Virus record (IMG/VR): IMGVR_UViG_3300031553_000009
Location: 1 to 42,095 of that record
Strand: one strand, 5' to 3'
DNA: 42,095 bases
Source: a virus
Taxonomy: Duplodnaviria; Caudoviricetes
Shown here: positions 1 to 9,259 of the stretch, one piece after another
How positions within the stretch are numbered: the stretch's first letter is position 1
Layout of the letters: each line of letters starts with the position of its first letter
Position numbers and translations under genes: made by a program
The notes under the pieces: model-generated
The model's database searches: none
What the model was told of the DNA's origin: nothing
The model's input: the letters and a program-made list of their open reading frames with translations, nothing else

Positions 1-126
1 CTTAGTGCTTTTCTCTATGAGGCCCAGCGCCTCAAATCCGAGGATGGTAGCGCCTGTTTCGAGTATCTCCTGGGGGCTACCACCGCGCAGGGCGGTAACA
101 CCCATGAATCCGCCTGTTACGGCAGG
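1..126 (+). repeat. Terminal direct repeat, left copy (circular assembly overlap)
   Basis: 1-126 is identical to 41967-42092 and falls inside a continuous ORF. Confidence 0.97.
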
Positions 127-855
127 GATACGCAGCCCCGCTTGTGGGATATACTTGTGAGCAGCGCCTACTCCATAACCCATAGCGGCGGCCTCTCCAA
201 CCCTTTCGCCCTTACTAATAACATAATCCATAAAAGGCATATCTGCCTCTTGCTTTGTTGGCAGTGTCATAAGTTCGCGGGCAGCAAACCGAGTGGCAGC
301 AGACTTACCTGGCGCTCCTCGAAATTCCAGAACCGTTTTACCTATAAGGCCAGCAATTGAAGCCCATTTGCGCGGATCACTAAGTTTCATTTTTTGAGAG
401 TATCTTCCGATAGCATCATGTAGGGCGGCGGTAGTGTATTTATGAGCTTCGCCTTCGGGCATACCCTTTGGTGTTTCAATTCCTTTGGTACTCAGCCAGG
501 TTGATATGTTTAGTGGGTTTGTAAAAGGCAAAACACCGAGAATATAAGCCTGTTCTTTTGGGCTGTATGATTCGATAATGCTTATTGCGTGCTGAACTTT
601 GCGTTCATACTCTGGGTCGGTCTGTTTTATTGTTTCTCCAATCTCCTTTGGTTCAGCTATATCAGTAAAGAATCCAGTATGACCACCGTAGCTCAAAGCC
701 TCTGGCTCAGGGATAGGTAGAGTACGGCTGGGTGGCGCAGGTCCTATTTTTGGTTTACTCGCCATCTGTTCAAGAGATATCTTTGGACTATGAGCCATCT
801 GCTCAAGAATCTGATTTTTCGGTTTTGCTGACATTTCTTCAAGAGTCAATGACAT
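1..855 (-). CDS. N-terminal 285 codons of the large internal virion/ejection protein (continues across the join into 41966..38916)
   Basis: ATG at 855 overlaps the upstream stop (TAATG). MSLTLEEMSAKPKNQILEQM... reads in frame into ...GGFMGVTALRGG of the 1051-aa ORF. Missed by the ORF track. Confidence 0.9.
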   Translation of the reverse strand, partial: MSLTLEEMSAKPKNQILEQMAHSPKISLEQMASKPKIGPAPPSRTLPIPEPEALSYGGHTGFFTDIAEPKEIGETIKQTDPEYERKVQHAISIIESYSPKEQAYILGVLPFTNPLNISTWLSTKGIETPKGMPEGEAHKYTTAALHDAIGRYSQKMKLSDPRKWASIAGLIGKTVLEFRGAPGKSAATRFAARELMTLPTKQEADMPFMDYVISKGERVGEAAAMGYGVGAAHKYIPQAGLRIPAVTGGFMGVTALRGGSPQEILETGATILGFEALGLIEKSTK

Positions 856-1763
856 TATTTATTACCCAAGGCACTGATAATTTCTTCTATTGAATATCCG
901 TTATCAATTGCTGCTAAAATTTGTCTTTTTGTCGCATCATCCAGTTGTCCCCAGTAAGGGTCAAGAGCTACATCCGGAGCCGATTGCATCCGAATATCCG
1001 TTGATTCCACGCCAGCAGTTTCTCTTTGTGCTCCGGTTTCTAACTGTCCTGTAGTTTCAGATTGAGTAATTGCTTGCTCTTGAAACATTGGCAATTTATC
1101 CAATTCTTTTTGCGCCCATTCTGCAACTGCTGGATTAAGGGGTTCTTCTTGGCCTCCCATCGTTTGATAATATGGTCCTTCCGCTGACCGCTTTAATGTC
1201 TGCAAGAATTTCATTTTTTCCGCAGGACTCATATTCTCATAATGTTTCGCAGAACTTGCACGTGGTTTAATACCAGCAGAAATTTCAGCAGCTAATCGAG
1301 CATTCTTTTGCGCATCTTCTGTTGAGTATCCTTTATCAATCCAGTATTCAATTTCATCTTTAGTTGCTTTTACTTTACCAACAGCTTTAGCTCTGGCTTG
1401 ATAATATTCGGTCTGCGCCTTTTTTATAGGTGTCTGCATTTGTCCCATCAATAGAGACGTAATCAATTGCTGACCTATATTCGTTCTCGCTATTGGCAAT
1501 TCTGGAGCTTTAGCGCCAGTTACAAATTGTCCTAAATTCTGAAGGTCGGCCATTGTTGTCGTTCCGCTCGGTGTCGGCATGGCGACTGGGGAAGTCTGCA
1601 TTCCTTGCATGTAATTTACAATATTTTGTATGTCCTGGCCTTGAATTTTTCTCTCCTGGCCTTGCATAAGACCACCTATCATATTTTCAATCCCCTGGGC
1701 AAAGTAAGTTCGCCAATCAGAGGCCGGATTATAAGGTGATTGTTTATAGAAAAAGCCTGGCAT
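855..1763 (-). CDS. Putative internal virion/DNA ejection protein
   Basis: Q/A/G-rich and helical; middle position of three genes, as for P22 gp7-gp20-gp16. Confidence 0.6.
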   Translation of the reverse strand: MPGFFYKQSPYNPASDWRTYFAQGIENMIGGLMQGQERKIQGQDIQNIVNYMQGMQTSPVAMPTPSGTTTMADLQNLGQFVTGAKAPELPIARTNIGQQLITSLLMGQMQTPIKKAQTEYYQARAKAVGKVKATKDEIEYWIDKGYSTEDAQKNARLAAEISAGIKPRASSAKHYENMSPAEKMKFLQTLKRSAEGPYYQTMGGQEEPLNPAVAEWAQKELDKLPMFQEQAITQSETTGQLETGAQRETAGVESTDIRMQSAPDVALDPYWGQLDDATKRQILAAIDNGYSIEEIISALGNK

Positions 1764-1781
1764 TTTAGACTCCCGAAAAAA

Positions 1782-2774
1782 TCAAGAAAATAAACTCTTT
1801 AATCCACTTGTTAATAAATTAGAACCTGATGTACTTCCGAAATAACCTCCCAAACCCATACCCAAAGCTGGCATGAGCATTGAAGCAAGGCCTGGGCTTT
1901 GTTGTTGTTCAACGTAGCCATATTGTGGCGCCGAACTCATCAGAGATGACAATACTTGAGTATAAGGATTCGCCCAGGGCTGCTGGTATTGCCATTGTTC
2001 TTGATTGATACCTCTTTGCATAGAACCCATATTCAGAATTTGAGAAAGGATATCCGTACTCAACCCGGCGATATTGCCAGCCTGGCCCATAATCTGACCT
2101 GGCATTTGTGCCAAATTCATAGCTTGATTTACGCCGGTAACTTGTCTGTTCTTTTGAGCCTCACTTCCAGCGTAAAGATACGGTGCTAATTGTGCGCTTA
2201 ATCCCTGAGATAGATTCGATGCCTCTCTTGCCATTGCCCTATTTAATGCGCCCGTATCTGCCGTTCCTGCCTTTGAGACATAGGATTCCTTCAATTGCGG
2301 TATTATGTCTCTAAAGAAGGTATCTAAGGCCAATTTTCTTGCTGGCTCGACAGCCTGCATAGCCATTTCAGGGTCATACGGTGCCAGAACACCAGCGAGG
2401 GCCTGCTCTGCCGTCTGTGTGGCCCTGCTGGGCACACCTGTATCAACCTGCCCTGAAATATCCCCGAAATACTGTTGTCCACCTGTGGCTATCGGAGTAA
2501 GACCCTGAGCGACATTAAAACCTGCCTGTTGAAGTGAAGAAGCGCCCGGTACTGTCCCGCTTACAGCGCCAACATAAGGACTAATATAATCGGTATACTG
2601 TCCGAAAAGCTCACGCATACCGGTACCTTTCCATGGATCAACCCTCTTTACTGTGCTCCCGCCACCACCGAAATAACGAACAGACGGATTTTCAGGGTCT
2701 ATCTGGAAAGTGTATCCGTTTCTATGAATTTTAATTGTTTGTCTTTTTGTTTTGCATAGGTGGTTCCATAGCAT
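1782..2774 (-). CDS. Putative DNA ejection/pilot protein (P22 gp7-like position)
   Basis: Leader followed by FGGGG, Q/A/G/M-rich body, C-terminal GxGxGG hydrophobic segment; directly follows the GNAT gene. Confidence 0.7.
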   Translation of the reverse strand: MLWNHLCKTKRQTIKIHRNGYTFQIDPENPSVRYFGGGGSTVKRVDPWKGTGMRELFGQYTDYISPYVGAVSGTVPGASSLQQAGFNVAQGLTPIATGGQQYFGDISGQVDTGVPSRATQTAEQALAGVLAPYDPEMAMQAVEPARKLALDTFFRDIIPQLKESYVSKAGTADTGALNRAMAREASNLSQGLSAQLAPYLYAGSEAQKNRQVTGVNQAMNLAQMPGQIMGQAGNIAGLSTDILSQILNMGSMQRGINQEQWQYQQPWANPYTQVLSSLMSSAPQYGYVEQQQSPGLASMLMPALGMGLGGYFGSTSGSNLLTSGLKSLFS

Positions 2775-3372
2775 CTTTTTTCTCCGATATTTTATACTCC
2801 ATCAAAACCTTTTTAGAGCGTTCCCAGCCCTGTTTCTGACAAACATTCGGCCTGTTAGTTGCCATAACTATTTTTTGCTTCAAATCATCGGGAATGGGTA
2901 GGCTGAAAAGATAGTCAATTAGTTTTTTATTTACTGAGCCATTGTTGGACTGATATTCTTTGTCGACTGAGAATGCCTGTATGTAGATATATCTTTCGAT
3001 TGGGTCAATTTCAAACCAGACAAAGCCTTTTATGATGTGAGAAATATCCTGCAATACAACGAACCAGATCAAAGGGTTCAATACTTTAACAATTTGACCT
3101 GAATTATTGACTGTCGGTATGGTAATAATATCTTCTGCGTAGCCATAAATCATATCTATTTTTTGGGCATCCATACCATCAAACTGCTCAAACAAATATC
3201 GTGGTATTACCCTTGGCGTAATCACTCTCTGGAATGTCAGCTCATCTATTTTTGCCAACTTTAAGCCCTCTAAGGTTGATGAGTGTTTGAAATTGGGAGT
3301 CGGGCAATTTTCCACATCGTTTGCAAACGATATATCTTTTTTGTCCTGGATTATAAATCCACTTATGACCAA
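2731..3372 (-). CDS. GNAT-family acyltransferase-like protein (P22 gp14-like position); true start may be TTG near 3258
   Basis: IKGFVWF...YIYIQAFSVDKEYQSNNG resembles GNAT motif A; ends with ...QKQGWER. Confidence 0.65.
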   Translation of the reverse strand: MVISGFIIQDKKDISFANDVENCPTPNFKHSSTLEGLKLAKIDELTFQRVITPRVIPRYLFEQFDGMDAQKIDMIYGYAEDIITIPTVNNSGQIVKVLNPLIWFVVLQDISHIIKGFVWFEIDPIERYIYIQAFSVDKEYQSNNGSVNKKLIDYLFSLPIPDDLKQKIVMATNRPNVCQKQGWERSKKVLMEYKISEKKDAMEPPMQNKKTNN

Positions 3373-3389
3373 ATATTCTGCAAAGCAAT

Positions 3390-4685
3390 TTATGCAACTT
3401 TTAGCCTTCTAATTCTATTTTTCGCCTGTGCTAAAGCATCTGTGCGGTACTGAACGTAACCGCAAACTTTTATCTTTTTTATTGCGTTATAAACTCTTCC
3501 CCAGGCTTCTTCTAAACTTGCGCCATTTGCAGCAACAACTCCTAAGATACCATCAGCACCGGAGCATTTGAGTTTACCCGCATCGCTGTATATATCTTGT
3601 CCCCAGAAAAGAGGATGATCATCTAACTTTCCTATAATTGATATATCTTTGGCAAAATCCATTCTCAGTTTTGTTGTCGCGTAAGGGTATGGAGGGATAC
3701 TCAATCTCTGAGAAGCTGCATAACCATCTTGAAAATCGACCTTAAAATCATTCAAAAAGAAATCAGCTAATTTTCCCTTAATCAAAGTCAACAAGCAATA
3801 AAGTGCATCATAGACAAAACCTGCCGATAATTTCAAAAGGTAGCGGAGTTCTTCTTTTACAATACAAGTAATAGCACAAGGCCCGATGTAACCATCACTT
3901 TTTAAGTAGGATGCCATTTTCGTTACGGGTTCAGAGCCTTTATTTATCCAAACTGTGTTGCTCTGGCTCCCGGTCGGCAAGCCCAAATCAGCATCCATAA
4001 GCCTTTTGGCTTCTATGGTCTTATTAAAGAGCACCGGGCCTTCTGAGTTTAACCACACTTCAGTAGAGACCTCCGTGCCATCAATTTTCTTCTGCAGAAT
4101 GTACTCGAATTTATCTTCAATTCTCATCAGGTATTCATCGAGCATTTTCGTTAAAAGTTCGCCGTGAAATCTTTCCACGTAATTTAGATCGCAATGATTG
4201 TTGTCGGGCTTGAATACCCATAAGTCTTTTCTGTTTTGTAAGAACTTCGCCCCCTCTTTTATAGATTTGAACTCGTGATATTCTGGTATGGCAAAACCCA
4301 TCTTTTCGGCCAGCTCCATACCCTTGCGGCGGTCCACTTCCAATTCTTCTGTCAGAGTAGAGGCCCCGATGACTTTGTGATCTTTAGACAATTTATCGGC
4401 CAACAGACCAAAGACGCTGGCAGAGTTTATCTTCAATCCGAATATCTTTAACAAAGCTATGTCATGCTTGGTTTTTTCGTTTGGATGCGTATTATCAAAG
4501 ATAACAATCTCCGCATTTTGAATTTCCTTTTTCAAATTTGCGAAACTGATTTTGCTCAGGATCCCATTGTAGTTATTGCGATACTGTGGATTGTGGATGT
4601 AGATTCCAACATCTAAACCATAGCGTTTCAAACGCCATACAATCGGAAGAAATTCACCTGAATTACTCATAACTACTATTTTCAT
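3390..4685 (-). CDS. PurD (GAR synthetase)-like ATP-grasp protein, catalytically degenerate
   Basis: ELEVDR..G...AEKMG..IPEY.EF, WVFKPD, ILQKKIDGTE, KRLMDADLGLPTG and the C-terminal G.SLEEA...VY..I...QYRTD match the PurD architecture. Confidence 0.85.
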   Translation of the reverse strand: MKIVVMSNSGEFLPIVWRLKRYGLDVGIYIHNPQYRNNYNGILSKISFANLKKEIQNAEIVIFDNTHPNEKTKHDIALLKIFGLKINSASVFGLLADKLSKDHKVIGASTLTEELEVDRRKGMELAEKMGFAIPEYHEFKSIKEGAKFLQNRKDLWVFKPDNNHCDLNYVERFHGELLTKMLDEYLMRIEDKFEYILQKKIDGTEVSTEVWLNSEGPVLFNKTIEAKRLMDADLGLPTGSQSNTVWINKGSEPVTKMASYLKSDGYIGPCAITCIVKEELRYLLKLSAGFVYDALYCLLTLIKGKLADFFLNDFKVDFQDGYAASQRLSIPPYPYATTKLRMDFAKDISIIGKLDDHPLFWGQDIYSDAGKLKCSGADGILGVVAANGASLEEAWGRVYNAIKKIKVCGYVQYRTDALAQAKNRIRRLKVA

Positions 4686-4709
4686 ACTAATTTGTAATAA
4701 TTTAGTATA

Positions 4710-5228
4710 TTATTCCTCTTCTGACCAAGTTCCGTGCTTCGATATTGTCACCCAATCTCCATTCTCATCAGCGACAATATGTATACATTCACCGATAGCA
4801 TCTGCTACTTTGTATTTATCATTTGTTTGGCCGCAGTCATCCCTTATCGCTGCCGCGCCCGGGTCTATTCGTAACTCCTGCGCAGCCTGAACTGCAAAGA
4901 AGTAATGAGTACCCTTTTGAGTTCCCTTTGTGGCGGATTCCGGCAGCAAAATAGTAACCGTTCCAGTAGCGCCTAAGTTTGTATGTACGCTGCCCGATTC
5001 ATTCTCCTTGAGGATATCATCTGATGTATGAGCTTCTATAGTTAAGTTATTACTTAACAGATAATTCATCCGTAAGGCCAACTTACTATAAATAGACTCT
5101 ATATCTCTGGCTGTATCTTTGTTAATCTTAGGTAGTGGCTCTATAAAAGGCGGCAGTTTCTCTGTTGGCTCAAATGTTTTCAACCGAATTGTTTCTGCTA
5201 ATTTATCCAATGGGAGATCCTTGCTCAA
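4710..5228 (-). CDS. Tail-associated structural protein (needle/fibre-like)
   Basis: Follows the nozzle gene; beta-rich C-terminal module (TVTILLP...HYFFAV...LRIDP). Confidence 0.5.
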   Translation of the reverse strand: MSKDLPLDKLAETIRLKTFEPTEKLPPFIEPLPKINKDTARDIESIYSKLALRMNYLLSNNLTIEAHTSDDILKENESGSVHTNLGATGTVTILLPESATKGTQKGTHYFFAVQAAQELRIDPGAAAIRDDCGQTNDKYKVADAIGECIHIVADENGDWVTISKHGTWSEEE

Positions 5229-7080
5229 AATAAGGTATAATAGCGTGTATTTCAGGTCTGTTTCCGGTAGCGTTATTATCTAAAGAAATCCTGTGAAAAT
5301 CTCCCTCAGCTCCGCAGTACAATCGTTTCAAGACCATATCTCTTGAAGTTCCTGTCTCTGTACATTCGACTGTTTTTATTTGATAGGAACTATTCTCAGT
5401 ATTGATAAAAAACTCCACATTAAAAGAGGCGTTTTCATCTTTATCCACCAGAAAATCCAACCAGCCTAATATTGCTTTTCGGCCTTCTTTGGAGAAAGGA
5501 TTCCATTCAGCGCCCTCAGCCAGGCATCCTATTGATACTCCGTTATCAGAATCACCGTCAAACATCTTGAAAATTTGGCCGTTTCTGTCACCCATCAAAA
5601 TTACAGAATAACCTGCTCTTCTTGTTATTAGGTCATCCAGCGAATAATCAAGATCATCCAAGGAAATCCCTATCATATCATCAATTGATATAGTACTTTG
5701 CAGAATCGAATAACCAATAACATGTAGTGGTATTCTAAATATAGAGAAATTATTGACTTTATAGTTTAAAACTAATAACTCATCCGGTTTTTCTGAATTT
5801 TCCGTAGGGTAAGAAAAAAGACCCATCCTTAATTCTTTAATCAACTTTGAGTAACAGTAATGAAGGGCTGATAGATTAAAATTAAGTAACATATTTGGAA
5901 TTTTTTCATCGATCCCATATACCTCTCTTGCATCACATGCTACAAAACGTTCATTACTAATTCCGACAACTTCTTTCTTAAATGGAATCAAGGACATTGT
6001 TGCATATAAACCTTCATCTTCATCTGAATCAATAGAGTCCCATCTAAATGGAACATCTGTGTCTCCGGTATATGAGATTTTTTGAAATCCTCTTTCAAAT
6101 CCAACGATGAGTTCGTTTCCAATGAAAGCAGCGCCGATAATTTCATCATCTCTATCCGCATCGGAGTAATCATCATCCCTGAAAACAACAGCCTGACCTC
6201 TTAGAACTACCTGAGACCATCTAACTCTTTGATAACATGCTTCTCCTCTCTCAATAGTTTTCAAAAGCAAAATTCTGTTTTTGAAGTGAAATATTAACAA
6301 ACAGGTATTGACATCATTATCAGGGCCTCCTTCGAAATCCAAATCTATATTGAATCTGGTAAGGTAGTTTCCATCGTACTTGTGAATCTGGTCTTTGAAG
6401 TTGGTTATGTATCCTATATTGCGAAAGTTTTCAAACCAGAAGAAATTTGCATCATCTCCAGTAAATTCATCATAGGTAGCGCTTTCCTTAGCAAAGGCCA
6501 CCGTTACACCTTTTACAGTTAGCTCCTCACCACTTTCAAAACTACCTTCATAACCACGAGAAAGTATAATCGTGCCATGAGCATCACCGTCAGACCAGCT
6601 ACCCCCATCCCAAACAATGTCTTTAATATAAGCCGTATCACCACTGACCGATCCGGTTATTATGTCATTAGGCAAAATCTCCTTTTGTCCGAGCTTAAAT
6701 GGTATTTGCAATGTTGTTATATCTTCAGACATGCCAGTATTGGGATTATATTTATTGAATCTTCGAGTATTCGCAAACAGAGTTTGTTCAATTCTATTCT
6801 TGTAATAATTATGTATCCCCATTACCGGATATTTCAGATAAGAATTTAGGTAAATCATTCCATAAGCGCCAGCACCATAAATTCCTGTTCCGTAGGGGTA
6901 TGGTTTTGATTCCAAATGAACCATTCTTGCAAATGGAGTATAGCCCTGGCGTTTTTTGAGGACACCTTTATAGATATACCAATCGTAAAGCTTGCTAAAT
7001 GCATCTGCCGGTGAAAGCCATGGCTCTCTATCCAGTCGCAAACCGCTTTTGAAATCATAAATTGGATAAGGCTTAAACAT
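5203..7080 (-). CDS. Tail tubular/nozzle protein (P22 gp10 / T7 gp12-like)
   Basis: 625 aa, beta-propeller-like; FKNRILL...QRVRWS motif; position in the tail module. Confidence 0.75.
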   Translation of the reverse strand: MFKPYPIYDFKSGLRLDREPWLSPADAFSKLYDWYIYKGVLKKRQGYTPFARMVHLESKPYPYGTGIYGAGAYGMIYLNSYLKYPVMGIHNYYKNRIEQTLFANTRRFNKYNPNTGMSEDITTLQIPFKLGQKEILPNDIITGSVSGDTAYIKDIVWDGGSWSDGDAHGTIILSRGYEGSFESGEELTVKGVTVAFAKESATYDEFTGDDANFFWFENFRNIGYITNFKDQIHKYDGNYLTRFNIDLDFEGGPDNDVNTCLLIFHFKNRILLLKTIERGEACYQRVRWSQVVLRGQAVVFRDDDYSDADRDDEIIGAAFIGNELIVGFERGFQKISYTGDTDVPFRWDSIDSDEDEGLYATMSLIPFKKEVVGISNERFVACDAREVYGIDEKIPNMLLNFNLSALHYCYSKLIKELRMGLFSYPTENSEKPDELLVLNYKVNNFSIFRIPLHVIGYSILQSTISIDDMIGISLDDLDYSLDDLITRRAGYSVILMGDRNGQIFKMFDGDSDNGVSIGCLAEGAEWNPFSKEGRKAILGWLDFLVDKDENASFNVEFFINTENSSYQIKTVECTETGTSRDMVLKRLYCGAEGDFHRISLDNNATGNRPEIHAIIPYFEQGSPIG

Positions 7081-7083
7081 CTA

Positions 7084-8130
7084 TTATTCTACGGTTAAGT
7101 AATGAATTAACTTTATTGTCATTGTCGAAGATGTAGTAGAGGCGCCATGCTGAAGAACGCCAGCATCGTCCGTACTACACTCAAGATACGAATATGCATC
7201 GCCTCCACCAGCATAATGCTGAGCAGAACCTCTACCACCATCGCCAACATGGTCATCAAAAGTTGATGAGCCATATCCTTTTGGTTTCATAGCATAATGA
7301 ACAGCAGCACTTGCTTTAACCTCAAAAAAACATAAAGCACGATTTTCTCCGACAATACTGGATAGGTCTAAATCTTGCCAAGTATCCGCAGAAGTAAGTG
7401 TTGTATTAAATACTGTAGAACCGTCATATTGTAATCTGGCGGCGCCGACCTGACTGCTGAGCTGGTCATCAACGTATTTCTTATTGGAAATATCTTTGTC
7501 GGACAAAGGTGCTGCATCTGTTGCTGTTTCAGTACCATCAGGAATTACCGGTACATCGTTTACATCGACCTTAATCAAATTCACATTGCCGTCTCCGGCT
7601 TTGTTTCGGCTCTGAAGATAAGAATTGTTTCCGACTAACCCAAGAGTAAATACAGGGCTTTTAGAGAACGTTATTATCTCGGCGAAAGTCCTTTCAGCAC
7701 CCAAAAGAACGGCGATAATTTCATCCGAAATGGGAGTCCAGGTTTCATTACCGGCGCCATCCGCGGCTGTCAAGATATTGAACTGATTATCCGGCGAGCT
7801 GTTAGGGTCAATCCAGATACAGCCTAAATCTGTGGAATCGAGGTAATCTCCATCGAGTCTTGCTGTAGGGGCCGAATCCTGAAAATAAACCCGGGCCGAA
7901 CCTTGACGTGGACGACCTGTTTGACTACCACCTGTTGCAAAGTAGTTATAAGCATTAAGCGCCGTTTCCAGCGCCAAGTTGTTTGCCCTGATTACATCAT
8001 TTACTTCAGGTGCATCTATATGTTCATGCGGTTCGCCTTTATCCCATGCTGCGATAAAGAAAGGAGACCAAGAAATCAAAACTATTGTTAAAAAAAATAC
8101 AAATTTCATGTTTTTTCTAAGCCATGCCAT
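7084..8130 (-). CDS. Tail fibre-like protein with N-terminal hydrophobic leader
   Basis: AWDKGEP...IRANNLALE attachment-like region; DISNKKYVD fibre motif; WQDLDLS C-terminal domain. Confidence 0.65.
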   Translation of the reverse strand: MAWLRKNMKFVFFLTIVLISWSPFFIAAWDKGEPHEHIDAPEVNDVIRANNLALETALNAYNYFATGGSQTGRPRQGSARVYFQDSAPTARLDGDYLDSTDLGCIWIDPNSSPDNQFNILTAADGAGNETWTPISDEIIAVLLGAERTFAEIITFSKSPVFTLGLVGNNSYLQSRNKAGDGNVNLIKVDVNDVPVIPDGTETATDAAPLSDKDISNKKYVDDQLSSQVGAARLQYDGSTVFNTTLTSADTWQDLDLSSIVGENRALCFFEVKASAAVHYAMKPKGYGSSTFDDHVGDGGRGSAQHYAGGGDAYSYLECSTDDAGVLQHGASTTSSTMTIKLIHYLTVE

Positions 8131-8139
8131 AAGTAACTC

Positions 8140-9249
8140 CTAATTGATTTGAAGGTCGTATCTGTGCTTAAATACCCAGAGAACCAAATCAAATGCGCCA
8201 TCTGTCTCCAAGATGTTTAAAGGATTATTTCTACCTATTTTTATAGCAGATGGAAATTTGGCGATTGTAGGTGAAATTACACCATTCGTATTTAGGACAC
8301 CAGTAACGAACTTCCCGATAGCGTCCATAACGCCATCATCGAATGGTACGCCACAAACTTCTACCGCAGCGGTAGAGCCGTTTTGTTTACTCGGAGACCA
8401 AGCCGTATTGGCAAGAGTAACATTGTGATTTGAATCTTGAAGTATGTCATAGCAGGTCGTCCCAATGCCCTCATCGAGATTCCATGCCATTGTAAGACTA
8501 GTTTCCGAACCAGAGTATTTCTTACCAACACCAGAATTGTAATTTGAAAGTATAGTAGCCGCCGAAAGCGTGGCATCTATATAAAGAGCCAGTGTTGAAA
8601 CGTAATATGTTTTAGAGGCTACACCGGTCATTACTACTGTGGTTCCGCCATCCATAGCATCGGTTACGCTGGTCGGGTCAACAGATGTAGCATCGGCAAT
8701 CCCATCGACATAGACATTAAGCCCTGTGTCCGAAGACCTATCTACCGTGACAGCTATATGATGCCATTCATCGTCATTGATAGCTGTTGAACCGGTTATA
8801 GTCGCAGAGTTTGAGCCATCGTGAAAAGTAAACTTAACCAACCCACTTGCAATCTCTAAGAGCCAACCATCGGAAGCTTCGTTTCCGCGTTTTAATAGAC
8901 TGGCTATATCCGTAGTTGCTGCGGGTATTTTTATCCACATCTCTACAGCAAAGTCGCCATTACCGGCTTTGTTCGACCAATCCAAATCTGTTGCATTGTC
9001 GGGAATAGTTAGAGTATCTGTATTGCCATTGAAAACAACGCAGTTTCTTCTCAATAGATAAAATCCATCCGCCGTCCCGCCACCACCAAGAATGAATCCG
9101 GTCACATAATACGAAAAGGCATTGCCTGGAGCTGCAAGTAATTGCTTAACGCCAGCCGCTCCGCCATTTAGATGACGGATAGGATAATCTTGACCAGACA
9201 GAATCTCGCCTGGCGTGATTTTATTTCCCCATCTATCACTTATGTACAT
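8140..9249 (-). CDS. LamG/concanavalin A-like domain virion protein
   Basis: FAVEMWIK...INDDEWHHIAVTVDR...VYVDG...AWNLDEG. Confidence 0.85.
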   Translation of the reverse strand: MYISDRWGNKITPGEILSGQDYPIRHLNGGAAGVKQLLAAPGNAFSYYVTGFILGGGGTADGFYLLRRNCVVFNGNTDTLTIPDNATDLDWSNKAGNGDFAVEMWIKIPAATTDIASLLKRGNEASDGWLLEIASGLVKFTFHDGSNSATITGSTAINDDEWHHIAVTVDRSSDTGLNVYVDGIADATSVDPTSVTDAMDGGTTVVMTGVASKTYYVSTLALYIDATLSAATILSNYNSGVGKKYSGSETSLTMAWNLDEGIGTTCYDILQDSNHNVTLANTAWSPSKQNGSTAAVEVCGVPFDDGVMDAIGKFVTGVLNTNGVISPTIAKFPSAIKIGRNNPLNILETDGAFDLVLWVFKHRYDLQIN

Positions 9250-9259
9250 AATTGTCTCC

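Noticed and set aside
1-126. Biological direct terminal repeats of the virion DNA
   Set aside because: Length is close to a common assembler k-mer and the repeat lies mid-gene; more likely a circular assembly overlap.
3390-4685. purD as an auxiliary metabolic gene for purine synthesis
   Set aside because: Catalytic motif is degenerate, context is structural, and there are no other pur genes, so no gene symbol was assigned.
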